Source: Schizochytrium sp. TIO01 (Eukaryota; Protista; Bigyra: Labyrinthulomycetes). From it: 64,000 nt of DNA. Shown piece by piece: positions 1 through 15,100 of this stretch. The DNA is taken from contig SMSO01000031.1 of NCBI GenBank assembly GCA_004764695.1, positions 8,166,761 to 8,230,760 on the forward strand, read 5' to 3'. The notes below the pieces were generated by a model. The model made no database searches and was not told the origin of the DNA. It was given only the letters and a program-made list of their open reading frames with translations. The first letter of the stretch is position 1. Each line of letters opens with the position of its first letter. Both the position numbers and the translations under genes were made by a program.

Positions 1-3000
1 ATGACTTCATGAGTATAAATGCCTGCTAAGATCACCTGCCTCCACAGCTGTCGATACGGGGGCAGAGATTGAGCAGATTGAGCAGATTGATGAACATCCC
101 AGCTATGCAAAGCACTCTTGAATCGATCACCAAGGTTAATACTTCTGCTTCCTGGATCGTTGAAATCAAAAACATGCGCAGCATTGAACAAAGGACTTGG
201 AACTTCGGATCTTGTTGGTGCAACAAGTATAAGCCGGATCGATATAAGCTCGAGAGCAGCTGCAACAGAATCAGTCTTGCCGGTTTGACTCTGTGACTCA
301 GAGTCAGAGTCGCAACTATTACTACTACTACCACTACTCCCTGATGATGATGACGATGATGATATCTTTCCTTGTGTGCCTTGAATACCAGAATTCGCGC
401 TATCCTGGCCCTGCCGCTTTTGGTACTTTGCAAACACCGTCTTGACCCAACTTTGTGGATCGTGTAGCTTTGCAAGGAGACCACTAGCCGCATTAAAATC
501 TAGCTGCTGAGGGTTGTCTAGGACAATCCACAAGTAGCCTTTGTCTTCTACATGAAGAGACTTTGACAGGAAATTCTCTAATGAGGTATCCAAGTCATCC
601 AAGATTTCAACATACAGCATGTTTACCTCAATACTTTCCTGAGAAGCCTGAATTAACATTTTGCGTGTCTCGATGACACCAGCGAACCCTTCACGCAAAA
701 TAACGATTGGATTCTTCCCTGATAATCCACATATAGCTTTTCTAAATACCCCTGCTGACTTGAAGTGCTTCAAATCCATTGGGCCGCCATCTGAAGTCGC
801 ACTAGGCTTGGCGGTGCGAATATTCCTTAAACTGATCCGATTCTTGGTATTTCCAAGGTTACGAAGCATTCTCCGCGGTTGGGCTTGAGGTTGATCTTGC
901 TTATTATCTGAGTCTTGATTTACTTCACTCGCGTCGAATTTGTCGTTATCTCCTTCGCCCTGAGAGGTTCTTTTGGCTAGACCATTACGAGCTGGCAGAA
1001 ATTCTGATGGCCGACTCTGTTCATTACGAAGCATGTCCTGAAGATTTTCATGGAAGTCACGCAAGTATGACGTTGCAGCACGGACAAGAAAGGACGGGCA
1101 AGAGTTTACAATAACGATAAAACGTATGAAAGGATTCCAAGCGTTCTCCATCTCCGCTTTCGCGAGCTGGCTCTCCAAAACTTTAAGAGGGTTGTTTGCA
1201 AGCTTCAACTGCAGTATATCTACAACAGAAGCTTCATTGAAAGGTAGCATTAGTTGCGCAAGGGTCTCTATGTGATCTGCAGCCTCACCCAAAGCACTTT
1301 GTACTACTCGGGACCAATCGTGAGTTGTCATGCGAGCATGGCTTCCGTAATCAGGCTGGATTGCAAGAGCAGCAGCCATACTAGGATCTGTCTGCAAAGA
1401 AAGAGAGCTGCTGTGACGTCGAATATGACCGGATGCTCTGCGCGCAGCTTCGTTTAAGTCAAGCCGAGCTGTTACTCGACGTAGCTCTTCAAAATTTAAC
1501 GTAGGGCGTGTTGTATTCTGATTTCGAGTCGATAATTTCCCAGTTGATCCTGGTCGTGAAAGACCACGAGCAGTTCTGACTCTGCGTCGAGTCACATTCC
1601 TTGGGCCCTTTGAGTTCTTCTGTTCACCATTTGCAAGGCATTTATTTGTTCCGTCAAAAAGTGTGATTGCAACAGAACGAACAAACGCCCGCGTTTCACT
1701 CTGATCAATTCGAACACGCTGTGCATAGATAAGTTCAAAACTGCAAAGTAATTGAAGAGTCAAATACTGCCTTCCATCAAGTTGCGGAGCGAGTAGTTCC
1801 AGCGTTTTATAAAGAAGCTGTGCCATCGCATAGTAAAGCTTTTCCCAGTGTAGTGTAGCAGAGTGGTCTACCCAAACAGTGCGCCCAAGTTCCTTCACCT
1901 TCGTCGCGAACGTAGAATATATGGGCCTGCCATTCATGGGTAAATTAAGCGTTTGTAGAAAGGAAGTTATTCTAAAGAATAGCCTACCTGCAAAAGAAGC
2001 TAAGGGCCAGCTTCTTCGTAACATCCGCCCAAGGTTACCCATGCGGTCAAAGGTCCAGCTTGCAAAGCTCTGTAGTACTTGAAGATAGTCTTTTCCACTT
2101 TGTACAACACGCTCAAAAACTTCTTTATCTTCGAGAAGAATTTCTGTGGCCTGGCTGCTTTCTACCTGTGTACTTCCAATAGGTGAAATTGGTGAGCTCT
2201 CCTCCTGAGAATTCTCAGAAGGATGACGCTTGATGCATAGTTCAGCCATTAGTGCACGGTGCAAATCTGTTTTACGCCCTAGGGTTGAAAGATGGACAGT
2301 AGCAAATGCCTGCCAAGCTTGGAATGAGGCCAAATGAGCTGGTGCCTCGCCTAGAAGTGTTTCTACAAAGCCTAGTGTGAGGGCGTCAATTGTATTAGCA
2401 ATACGGAAATCGTACATTGTAAAGCATTCCCTAATGCAGTCTGCTGTGTGAAGTTCTTCTTCATCTAAGCACACCACAACGAGGTCAAACTCCATTCTTT
2501 TACCTTGTGGGATAGTAGAGACGAAAGATTCTTGAGCGATTGACCGCCCCATGTACTCGTAAATTTGGTTGACGACCTCAATCGCAAAAGATTCGTGACA
2601 GTTTCTTGCTACAATGGCAACCATATCAATCCGCCCTGCTTTAGCCTGTTCAAAGACGCGCTTGGCACTCTCTTTTGACGCACAGGATTCGAGTTCAACT
2701 ATCCTCCTCTGGGTACACTCAGAATATCCTCTCAGCCAAGAGAGACCAATCTGATCAGGGTCTCGCATGTATGGAATTCGAACTGCCCAAGGAAGAAGAA
2801 TGTTTGTGATGCTGTGTTCTCTCACCTTTCGGTTTTCTTCAACAAGACTTGCCATGAGTCGAGCTTGCGCAATTAAGGCACGATCAACTGGCAAACGCAT
2901 GTTTAACCAGGCCAAGACTGTATTGATACTCGTCGAGGTGTCGAGAATGTCTCCGACTGGAAAGTATAGACGCAAGTCGGTAGCACCAAAGCCAACTGGT

Positions 3001-3068
3001 ATGCAAGCCAAGGTCCCTGGAAACGAGATTTGTAGGGCCGTTTCCATTTCACCTGCATCATCAAACAG

Positions 3069-3123
<55 letters not shown>

Positions 3124-6100
3124 CTGGAACTATCCTTAGTTCCTGAGCCTGAGCTATTGCTTTCACCGCCATCTGAAGCATCATCAGTATTAACAGCGAC
3201 TTGAACAGGCTCGTGAGATCCAGACCAGTCAACTAGTTTTGACCCTGAACTCAAACTAGGTCTCAGTCCCCTGTTCAACAAAACCTCCATCCAGGCACCC
3301 ATGCAGGCATCCCGCATGCTGGGTTCAATACTGCCTAGATAGACTTCACATGCAGCAACAAGGATAGCGTTCGCGGCCTGTGTACCATCTGCGGTGTCGT
3401 CTTCATCGCGGCGTCGAAGTTGAATAAGGTCTTTATGCCAAGCGTCCTTTATATCTTCTCCAAAGATTTCCTGAATCTGTTTAGCTCGCAGACTCTTTCG
3501 ACCAATCACTACAATTCGAGCTTGTGTTTGATCGCGAATCGCTAAAGCATCCTTACGTCTCTTTGTAGCCTCTTTGAGCAAAGAGCGCAAAGTTGAAACC
3601 TTTTGCATGAGTTCATTGCGAACAACATCAAGGACCCCTGCGTCTGATGTTGCTTGGCTAAGCTCTTCCTGCAATGGCCTGATTGAAGCAAGTACCTCTC
3701 GGTACTTGAGAACCGCTAACAACCAAGAGAGAAAAACTTCCAGCACTCCTCTACACTCAACAAATTTCTTTCGACCACTACTCGCTGTTGAAAGCGAGCC
3801 ATCAGATAACACATTGAATGTCTCTGTCACAGCAGATGTGTGCAAAAGTCGTTTTACCTCTTCAATAATCTCGTCAGGTATTGCATCTTTCTGAACGCCA
3901 AGAAGACGTTGTGCAAGCGCATTATCATCTAATAGAGCGGGAGAACGTGCTCGATCCCAATAGTATTCCTTTGGATGGAACCGTTCTGCAAGCTCTTGGC
4001 GAAGCTGACGAATTCCATCAGGGGACTCATTTCTTGCCACAGCTTCTTGTTCTTGCCGGTGCAACTCTTGTTCATGTAAACGTTCTGGAGCATCCAACGA
4101 TTCACCACTAGAAACAAGATAGAGAGCCCGAACAACAGCTCGTGTTGCTGCATTAGGATTACGCAGATTTCGTAACTCTACGACGCGGGCTCGTGGTAGA
4201 CGATTTAGATTTTCGGAAGAAGTCGCCAAAATTGGACTGACTTCATCAATTGCAAATGTAATTGTATCTCGAAGCTCTCGGACACGCGCATCTACTGCTC
4301 TCCATGATTGTGTTTCTGCATCAAGCTTTGAAGTTTCAAACCCCAGCTCCTCTTCTAACTCTTCAACTTGCTCGCGAGCTCGCTCATAGTTTCGTTTAGC
4401 AGTTTCAAGTTTTGGTTCGAGTGTTGCGAGTTCACCCCGCATACTCACAGCAAAAAGCGAAGTTACATCAATCATCAGTAGAGCTTGCTCGGTTTCCGCG
4501 TAGTGGCTTTGTAAATCCGTGCGAACGCGTACAAGTCGCCTTGTAGCAGACCATGCTAATCGCAGCATACTGTTCACATTCCCAAGAATATCATTTTGGT
4601 TATGAGTTGCTAGAGAATGAATCTCCAAGAGTACCTGACTGAACTCTAGCAGGCTATCATTAGCACTTGTATCTCCAAACTCCATACCAGAACGCTTAAA
4701 CAACGACACTAGCTCAAAAGGTTGAGGATGTTCTTGAGGGGAATGTAACACTGCCTGGCGAATAACCTGCACAGTGAGATCAGCGAGCTCCTCCAATGAA
4801 GGTCGTGTAATGGTCAAGCATCTCGCACTCTGCAAAGAGCCTTTAAGATCGTGTGTCTTACTTGCATGCACAACAATGCGCAGATTTCGACACACGTCAA
4901 TCAAAAATTCATCCTGAACCAGCGAACGGTAATTGCCTCTTGACATACTTTCAAGGCGCCTTGGGTGTTTGACAGCAACACTTTTGGTAGATTGGGTATT
5001 TTCATTATCATCTTCCCCTTGGCTATCCTCCCGCGACTTCCAGATCTCCTCGCGAGCCAAAAGTGCGCTTTCGGTAGAATGGGGCACATTCTTTATGCCA
5101 GGGAATTCATTGAGCTGCACTTGTGACCAGTCTATAATGTGCTCAACTGTACCACGACGGGCTAGCTGTTCAACATCTCGCAGCATATGCTGTTGGTGAT
5201 AGTAAACTGATGCATCGAGGTAGAGTAGGCGCTTACGTCCGGATGGATTTTTCTTACCTGCCTGTAGCAAAAGATCACGTAAACTAGTTTGCCACTCATC
5301 AACCGTTGTTGGTATTTGAGCTTGCACAAGTTCAAAACCATTAACACGAGCAACTTCACTAATTAACATAAAACGCAAGCTTGGAACTTGCGAAGACTCA
5401 ATAAGAACTATTGGGTCGATGGATGTATTTGATTTAGGCAAGTCAAAACAAAATTTCAAGCGACTCATGTAAGTAGCCATAAGACGAGTAGGGAATACTG
5501 GTATGTCGTGCATAAAATCTTGAAGCCGCTTTGTGCTTATCCGGTGCTCTGCATCACGATCTCTTATGACTACTAGCACCTCTTGCTTGTTGTCGTATGA
5601 ATCTTGTGGTTCCGTCACTGTCGAACTATGGGCCGATGATCGTGCCTGGTTTATGCTGCCATAACCTTTACTTTTTCCTGTACCGGGTAGCTGGTACGCA
5701 TTGCCCTCTTTAAGATCCTGTGTATCTTCGTCTTCCTCGTCACTGTCATACTCTTTTTTAGCTTTCGATAAACTCAGTGCAAAGTTAAGGCTCTGATCGT
5801 CTCCAGCTTGATTTATATCAAGCAGAGCTTCATCATCGCAAAAGGCATCTATTAAATTTTCCTCAAGCTCAGCAAAAACGTTTGCGTCTGTGTAGTGTCC
5901 TTGTACAAGAGGTAGAATTTGCTCAATTAGTTTTCGCAAAAGAAGTTCATGATCTTTAAGCGAGATCTGAAGCCTTTCTCGAGCCGCGTAGGACCAAGCA
6001 CACAAGGCTGTCTTGATGACACTTAACATACTCGAATTTGGACTGAGTCCAAACTTGAGAAGGTACTTGCATGCATCAGCTGCAAGGACTCCATTTTGAA

Positions 6101-9100
6101 GAACTGCAGAGAAGGCCTGAAAAACCTCAAGCCATGGAAATTCTTCATTTGGAGCTTGGACATCTCGGCTTCTGCAAGCTCTTCGGATCGCTGGCGCATA
6201 CACTGCGACGACTTCGTCCGCATGAAGGTCACGAAGACGAATCTCTGTCATGAACTGTGTCTCAAGACGTCTTCCATTACCATGTTCAAGGGCTGCAGAC
6301 GAAGTCACCGCAACAAAGCTGCATCCATGAAATCGAACCTTCTCACCTTGGGCACCAAGAAGCGCACCAGTGCTCAGTGCCCCGCGCAATTGCTCGCGAT
6401 CAAACTCTGCTTCCACATGCTGTAGTGCTAAGTCGTCAATGAATATGAAGCCCAAGGGTTCTCGCTCACCAGCAGCATTAGTGTATAAAACATCATCGGC
6501 GAATGTTGGTGGGGCAAACAATCGCTCTTTTACACGATCAAACTTCGCAAACAAGTTACTTAGCAGGCTCAATCTCTGTTGAGACAATCCAACCCGCTGT
6601 ATTGTTGTTGCTCGCGAGAACTTTGACTCCATTTGCAGCTTGTGTTTAGCCAAAGCACGCTCAACAAGGAACCTCTTACCACTAAGAGCCGGGCCGGTGC
6701 AGAGAATGTCTGCTCTATAGGCCAGCTGCGTAGATAGTAACCAAGCTGCACGCCGCTGGTCAGAGGTTGGAACACGAAGCGAAAAGTGAGCTTGAAACAA
6801 GTCCGTCTCATAAGCATTGTCTTCTCTGTGAAGTGCTGCTTCAGCTGTGTCCATGAAATGTTCCCACAAGACCCAGCTAGACTGCTCCACAGAGTACCCA
6901 AAGTCAAACAACGTTTGATCAGGTTCAAGATCTGGTAGAAATATAGCAACTTTCATATTCACACGTGATGATCTGCGAGCATCTTTGCCAAACAGTACAG
7001 CTGCCTCGACTTGCGGGGATAAGGCGGAAGGTCGAGCCTTTTTGGGTCCAAGCACTCGCCTCAAGGCTGCATCAACTTCCCTCATATCTAATGTGGGAAA
7101 TTGACCCACAGTCCATAGAATCCCTAACAAAACAGCAGCTTCAACATGTTGTCTCGCAGGGACGTTTTGCTCCTCAGTTAATACTTGTGCAGGATCAGGA
7201 ACACCCTTGGTCCACTTTCCGTGAAAGTCTGCTAAGATTGAATTCACAGTTGTCGCGAGTTTTGCAACTAAACGTGCTGGAAAAGGTGTGTCAGGCGTAG
7301 GCGAAGCTAAAGCCCAAACAACAGGAAGAGCAGCATGGCACATTTCTTCAATACGTTTTCGATGTGGAATGAACTGAGCCTGTAAACCTAAAGCTGGTCT
7401 TCCAGTATCATTACTTGAGATTTCTGGTGAACCATGAAGCCAAGCATAAAGAATATCCCGAAATGGCAAGGTTCCTTCGTCTGTGTGAATAAGGGTGCAT
7501 TTTGTTAACAAAGACGGTGACACGCCGGCAAGTGTATCGGTTTCAAAAACAACGCTAGTTCGCCCTGGTAGGGCGATGCGATCTCCTTCAATAGTCGTCC
7601 CTGTGCAGATAGCGCGATCGACTGTCTCAACAAGATGTTCAACGAGGTGGGCTGCTTTGTTGTTTTGTAAAGGTCCATCAAGAATGAGCCAAGACATGTG
7701 TTTGATTGCTTTCAGAACATGAGCTGCAAGCTTTTCATTATCTATGCCTCCAATGAAAATCTGATTTGGGGTAGATTTTTGCTGTGTTGCTTTGGATCGT
7801 CCTCCACTTTCAGATGTTGCAGATGATGATGAAGCTTTTGAGTTAGATGTGCCTATGCCTTCTGCACCATCGTCAAATGAGGGCTGCTCGCGATATGTAT
7901 ATGTACGCTCATCACCAAAACCTACCCAAACTTCATGCCCAGCGGAAGTTGGCCCTGAATTACAAAGCACATTCAGAATTGCGCTGCAGTCCTGGTTGCT
8001 TTGAAGTTGCTCCAGTGACATCCCTTTAGTAAACAGCCTTACAGAGCGTATGCGAGACTCTTGCATTATATTTAACGCCTGAAGAAGCACCTTCAGAACA
8101 AGCGACTTGCCTGTGGCAGGTGGGCCGACTAGGATAATTCCACATCTTTGAACTGTGTCTGTCTGAGAAAAAACGCCAGATGCATGCAATAAGTCCAAGC
8201 AGACTGGAGCAATGCCATTAGCCTGAGCTTTGAGGCCGAGGCGTGTCAGTGCTTGACTGAACAACACGTTGCAAAACTTATCAATTTGAGCATCTGAAAA
8301 GGCGGGCATACCCTTTGCAAGAGAGCCACGATCTGATGGCCTCTTGACATCTGGCTGAGCAAGCACGAGATTTGTGCGTTTTCGTCTCAAACGTGACCTT
8401 CTCTGTGAAGGTACAGAGGCGCCAGCAATTACCTGCACTGCATCTTTTGTAGCAGCATTATCTTTACCAAAAATTGCAGCAACAATTCCAATGCTTGTCT
8501 CTAAGTCTTGAGCTCGACCCTCAATTACATGCAAAAGAGCATCTGCAATGAACCCACGTAGGCTTTCTGCAGACGCAGAAGCTTGCAAAGCACTTGCGAG
8601 GAGCATCGATCGACGTCCCTTTGTACTAGAGTCCGCTTTAGCCTCCGCACGCGACTTAGCTTGCCAAGCTGCTGCTATGACATGGTTCACAACAGAAATG
8701 TTCCAATGCTCTCCACAATCGATCAGTCGAAGGGCAACACTAAGTTCACGCCCAAGACGACGAGCGTCATTCGCCCCAAGCTGGAAACGAGACATGAATT
8801 GCAGCATAGCTACAATTCCACAATCTGGCCCCGGCACTCGATGTACACGAACCCATAAGTTTGTGTCATTTAACATTTGCTTTCCTTGCATAGTTCCAAA
8901 AAGGGCCGGGAGACTGTGACCCGGCCGAGTTGTATGTAAAAGCTCCTGATGAGCTGCACGAAGCCAGGAATTTAGGACATTCTGGTGCTTGCTTGAGAGT
9001 TGATCAAAATCTTCAATTAAACCCCATGAATTGGATGCTACGAGACCATGCAAGATACGCTGAAAAGGCTCTACTTTGCTGAGCCAGAACGAGGAAAGTA

Positions 9101-12100
9101 CTAGGCATCGGGTTCCTGTAAGTAGCGCAAGCTCGCGGATTGTTGCAGTCTTTCCCCGTGCCTCAGGCCCCAGAAGGCATCCTACGAGTCCATTGGTTGC
9201 AGTTAGCGCCATTGCACGTAAGCACTGAAGCGTTACTGGGGATATAACCAGCCGAGGATTCTCAGGGGCATCCCATGCAAGACCATGGGTAAAGTGAGCA
9301 CCTAGTGTTTCGATACGTAAGTTGAATCCCTGAGTTTCGATGACCCTCTCATCCATGTAAGATCGAAACCCTAGTTCCCAACGAAGGGGTTCTTTAATTG
9401 CTTCTAAAGCACGATCTCTGAAATCTTGCAAAGTGTTAATAACTGCTGCATTTCGCAGGTAAAATACCTGGCTCGAAAGACCTTCAGGCGCAAGTTGGTG
9501 CTTACAAAAGAATTGAATACCTTTGTCAAGTTGAGCAATAGCACCTTCGAGATTTGCTTCTAAAGGAGGTAGAGTTAGAATCGTGCTTTTCAGAAATGAC
9601 CCGGAGTTTATCAGCTGCAGAGCAGGCTTGTCATAATATTTGTGAATGTCTCCCATTTTGGTCTCTACCAAGTGAGTGCAGCAAATACGTAGAGCTGTTA
9701 GTACAGCTCCAAAAAGAGAAGCATCCTTCACTGCTTGTAAGGCTTGGTCCCATGAATCAAGTTCGCCAAGCTCCTGTGAGACCTCTTTCACTTGAGACAC
9801 ATACAATGCTCGACAATTTTCCTCAAGTTGTTGAAGCCAACTCTCTACGGGAACTCTACGAAGTATCTCAAAGTCCTCAGAGGGCTTGGTCACTTTATGA
9901 GCAAGAGCTATATTGCCAAAGATAAGCATGGGGTGTGTCAAATGATGGAAGTGGATTGATTGCACTTCCATTTGATAAATCTGAACGGAAGACAGATCCG
10001 AGGCTCCGAGATGTTTGACATGCTGACCGAGAATGGTTTCTGCCATTCGGTCCGCTCTTCCAAACTCCAGTGCGCCCCATTCAAAATTAATTTCGGAAAC
10101 ATTATCGAAGAGGAGCCCAATGTTCTGACGAAGGTAGGCGAAATCAGCCTGTCCAGAGCTAATAAATTGCATAAGCTGCGGATCAGAAATAAAATAGAAG
10201 CGTGGAAATTTTGCCCGGTGCACATCAAGTTTGCTACACAGGGAGTCGTTTATTGCCTCAATACACTCATTGAGATCTTGTACCAGTTGCAGGCCTGGTA
10301 CTCTGAATTCTTGTTCTAACTGTAATTTTGCTGCAACATCAAGCTTGCGTCCCTGCAGAACATCCATAAGTAGGTGTAAAGAAACACGTCGATTACTCAC
10401 AGTCTGGGTAAATTGATCCCAGAGTTTGTTTGCGAAATGAAATGAGCGAATTTCTTTCTGGCTCAGCTGAATTCCAGGCATATCACTTAGAGACTCTGCA
10501 AATAGAGCCTCGATGGGTTCCCATTTGCTCTGAAACGCTTTAATCGCTTGAAGCCAATGCCGCAGATGTGTAATACCCTTTGTCCAGGCCTCTGCGCGTC
10601 CTATCATATCGCCAGAGCGCGTGTATTTCGAGGCTTGTATATTTTGCATTTGTACCAGCTGATCTTCAATCATCCGTACAATATTGTCCACGTCTAAGGA
10701 TTTGGTAGGTCTGAGCTCAGCAATGTCATCAATAGAACCATCTTCTACCTCTCCCTCAGCCCCACCCCTAGTGTTTCCATGAGCCCCTGACGAGGATACT
10801 GATTTACTAGAAGCCCGCGAATGATCACGATGAAGCATTGCTTTGGAGGAGAAATTTCTGGTCAAGGGTACTTTAAAGCGACCATCAGCTCGTGCTTGGG
10901 CATGCTCACCATGATCAGATGATAATGCTAGAACATGCATAGCTGTAATTCCTGTTTTTACAGTCCGAATGCGGTGCGTATGTAAAGCAGTAGCCATTCG
11001 ATCCATGTTCTTCTCAACTTCGTATTCATGCTCTGCAAGAGCACATATTTCAACAATTTCGTCATAGTATCGTACAAGATTGAGATCTTCTAATGTTCGC
11101 AGGCTGACTTTGTCATACTGAATGGCTTCGATTGACTTTCCTTGGTTCAACGCTGCACTCACAGAAGTAGATACATGCAAAGAAGGGATATTGATGCTAT
11201 CCCCATTTTCACCTTCTAGAGATTTACTTCCATTTTGACCACTGGGAGAATCTTCAGTTTCTAAAGCTGAGTGTCCGTCCTCAGCACAATTGCCATCGTC
11301 GTCTTTTTCGCTATCATCTTCACAACTCTCTAACCCCTGTTCTTGTTCATCATCAGCATCCATTCTGATAAGTCCCAAAAGCTCACCAAGGTATGCCCCG
11401 TCTAAAGGAACCATGATTGAGACAATTTGCCGCCAGTGTCTTGCTCGCAGGGCTTTGCTACTGAGAAGACGTAAGAGAGGGAGCTCATCAGTGAAATCAA
11501 GAAGAGTTTGTTTGACGGAGAGGCAGATTGTCAGTGCAGTTCCATCATCAGCTCCATTAAGATTATCAAGTAAACGATCAAGATTGGATACCCATCCAGT
11601 GTTTGGATCAAGAATAAGCTCCTCCACGTAATCTGCATCTAGCTGTACAAAAGAACCTTGGCGCCAAAGCTGAATTGCTTCGCGCGAGTCTGCAACAATT
11701 GACCAGAGCTGATTGTAAAGATTTGCTCGCTCTACTAGCTGCTTAACTTCTGCCAAAACACGTTCTGCATCCAGGGTACTGTTGCTCTTCACTACTGGGA
11801 TACCTCGTACAGCTTTCTCAGGTCTATCAAAGACACGAATTCGTGAAGCAAGCGTTTCCATAGTAGAGTATGCGCTCAATACTGCCTCATTCACATATTC
11901 TGCTTCGGCTGCAATCTGTGTAGCCTCTTGAACTTGATCTTTGGCTGCGACTTGAGCTATTTGGGCTCGTAGCTGTTGCACATAGTCTTTGAAGCGCTCT
12001 TTCTCAGCATTCAACTGAACTAAGAATATGCTTTCTTGCGACTTGGCTTTCTCTACCCGCTCCTTACAGACCTTTATAATGCGCGCCGGTTCAGCTAGTA

Positions 12101-15100
12101 GTGCAGCTTGGAAAAGCACACCTTCATGACTTCTCATGTAAAGTAGACGTTCAAGAACTTCAAATCGTCGTTCCGCAGGAGCTATCCATTTGGACCAGAT
12201 ACGCGCAAGAATTGATTCTAGCTCCATCTCAAACTTCCATAACGCGCTCAAGTCATCAGCTGTGCTAATCCGTAGTTGGATGCTCTCAAGAAGCTCACTG
12301 TACTCTTGTTGAGCATTTTGAAGAGATGCCATTGCTTGACTATGAAGTTCGTGCATAAGGCGCATAGCCATATCTTCACAGCGTTGTCTGAGTGTCCTCT
12401 TTGCTTTTCTCGATTCCACCTTGAATAAAGGTATATGTACATCACTTGGTAGCTCATCATTAATATGATTTGCAGCCTCGCGAAGACGGAGCACCTCTGC
12501 CTCGCAAGCTTGTAACATGAATTTCTCTACTTCTAAATGCACGCTGAGCTTATAGTTTGCTTCAAGGCAAGACTGATCTTGCGGAAACGCGTCCACCTCT
12601 CGAAAGCTCAAATCTTGTGTAGAAAAAAACTTCCCAGAAAGGTCTGCATCATCACCGTTTGGATTTGCTTGATTAACCATTGCAGCATTAATAAAGTCAT
12701 TTTCTGTGCCAGTTCCAAAGACATCATGACTTTGCTTCATGAAAATATCTTCCTCTTCATGAGATTCACCGAAACCTGAAGATGAAGATGATGAAGATAT
12801 ACTATCGTGACTCTCTGCTGAGATTGGAGATTCTCCGCTTTGACCCCAGCCGAGCGATGAATTATCCGAATCACTTGCAGTGTCATTTGCGTAGAAACCC
12901 GGTAAGGCGTGTAGCACCCCAGGCGTGTCTCCAGTAAACATTGATGTAATCATATTTGTGTCATCTGGTATTTCACGGCGGACTGAGCGGCGTACCCAGG
13001 GTTGTGTGAACCACTGGACATACATGTCAAGATCAAGTCGAGCTATGTGTGTAACTTTTGAATGTACACCCTCTAAGATTTTGCTCTCGAGGGCATCCAT
13101 TTGATTCATAACTTCATCTGCTGTAGCTACAGACTCACTAATAATTGCGTCAAGACGACATTTAGCTGTCCAAATGCTATCAACTACAAATTGGAATGGA
13201 TCACCTGTTTGTATAGTTCTGTGGAACATATAGTGAACAGGTGTTCCAACCCAACGCTTACGGCGGATCGTCATTAAACTTTGTAACACTAGAGGTATAA
13301 GGGGACCAGGAGGCTCAACTGCTTCTTTGCCACTAGCGACAGCTCTCAGGGCAGCAAGCACTGGAACGAGATCGTCTGTAGGGTTTGTGATTGTGAGAAG
13401 AATATGGGCAAGTTTTTCAACCGTGCTCAGTACTCGTTGGCGAACCTCGTCAAGGGTAGGTTGGAAAAAGGCCCCTTCTTCGAAGTGCAACTGGACGGTA
13501 AATAAACCCTCTTTTACACTTTGCACAGAAAGACATTTCTCGAGATAGACGTCCAAACGACGCCCATCAGATTCTGAAAGTAGTTTGGCTGAGGTCGTGA
13601 ATCCGCTGCTACACTCAAATAGTGTCACATAACGTTGCAATGAGCTATGCATATATTCAAAAAGATATTGCCGAGCTACTAGGCGCGTACGATGCACAAG
13701 GCGCTCAGTACAGCTGCCGTAGTATTCTTCGAAACTACGGGTGTAAAATTGATAGGTACTTCCGTCAGGTCCTGGGAGACCTTGAAGCTTTCCCAGACAG
13801 AGCATGATAATTCCATGCAGCCATTTGCTACTTAAAAGGTGTGCTACTGTTTGTAAGTGATTGCTTTGCTTTTTTGTGAACGACTCTGCTCGCATTGGTG
13901 GAGCAAGATCCTTAATGCCAAGAAAAAAATCCATCTGCAGCTCTCCCTCAGCGAGAACACTAGGAAGATCCACACCATTTTGTTGTGCCAAGAGCATATA
14001 TTCACGAAGGTGGTCAAAACAAAATAATGCACGAGCTTGGACAACTTGTCGAGCTTCACTAAAGTTGAAGAGTTCCTGGATCGGCTTTTGTGTTCGTCTT
14101 TGCCAGTCCATGAAACTCTGCTGTTTAAGCTTATATACGGCTCGCAGACGCCATTCCTCGATTGGAAGTGCGTGCATTGCAAGCATACGAGGCCGAGCCC
14201 ACTCTGGAGTTCCATGCCAATTATGGAATATTTTGTTGCGTCTCCGCTGAAGCTGGTGTGCTGGTTTGCTACTTAGGAAGATTGAGTATGCACATGCAGC
14301 TTCATGCATATGAGACTCTGTTACCTCAAACAGCTCCTTTCCAAGCATCTCATGGGCCTTTTCGACAACATGCCGTAGAGCGTGTTTAACACCCTTTTTG
14401 TCTAGCGCGCTCGCTACTCCATGTATCAAAGCATCGTGGTTTGGGGTGCCTTTATCGCTTGAGCTATTTTCTGTATCATCTACAGATTTTATCACAGATG
14501 ATGGAAGTAAAGTGGTAAAAATTGTATCAACAAGCTCCTGTACTCGCTCTTGAAAAGTAGCTGTGTCCTGATTATCGCTGATGCCATCTTGAATCTCAAG
14601 CAATTGCCTCATTTCTTCAAGTAATGTTGCAAGAGATATAGTTGTTTGAGTAGAAGATCGTGGTAAACCGGCTGTCTCTGCTGAGTTTTCATTACTTGCG
14701 GTGATGTCCGTATTTGATCTTACAAGGTCCTTTTTCTTGAGAATATTCTCGTCCCTCCGTAGACCCCCGTGTAGGGGGAAATTCAATGCGCCTGCAATGA
14801 TGCGCTCTCGAAAGGTCCAAAACCTTGAAGAACTCTCCCCAGCAGCTTGACGAAGGATAGATAATAGAGTTGGGTCAATATATGCATCGGATTGACGGGG
14901 GTGATAGTCTAATAATTGCGAATATTTCCAATACATGCCATTAACAAAGCGAAGGTTGTCAGCTTGCCGAATCCGTTCCTGAAAGCACTTGGTTGGTTCA
15001 TTATGGAACCGCAGAATTGTTCGCGGACATATTTTTGAAGCATAATGACCATCATCAAAGAGACTTATGCGTACTGTATACATTTTCTTTTGAGAGTCAA

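Noticed and set aside
2767-3232. Poly-Ser and poly-Met ORFs
   Set aside because: Alternative-frame readings of the poly-Asp repeat in the dynein-like gene.
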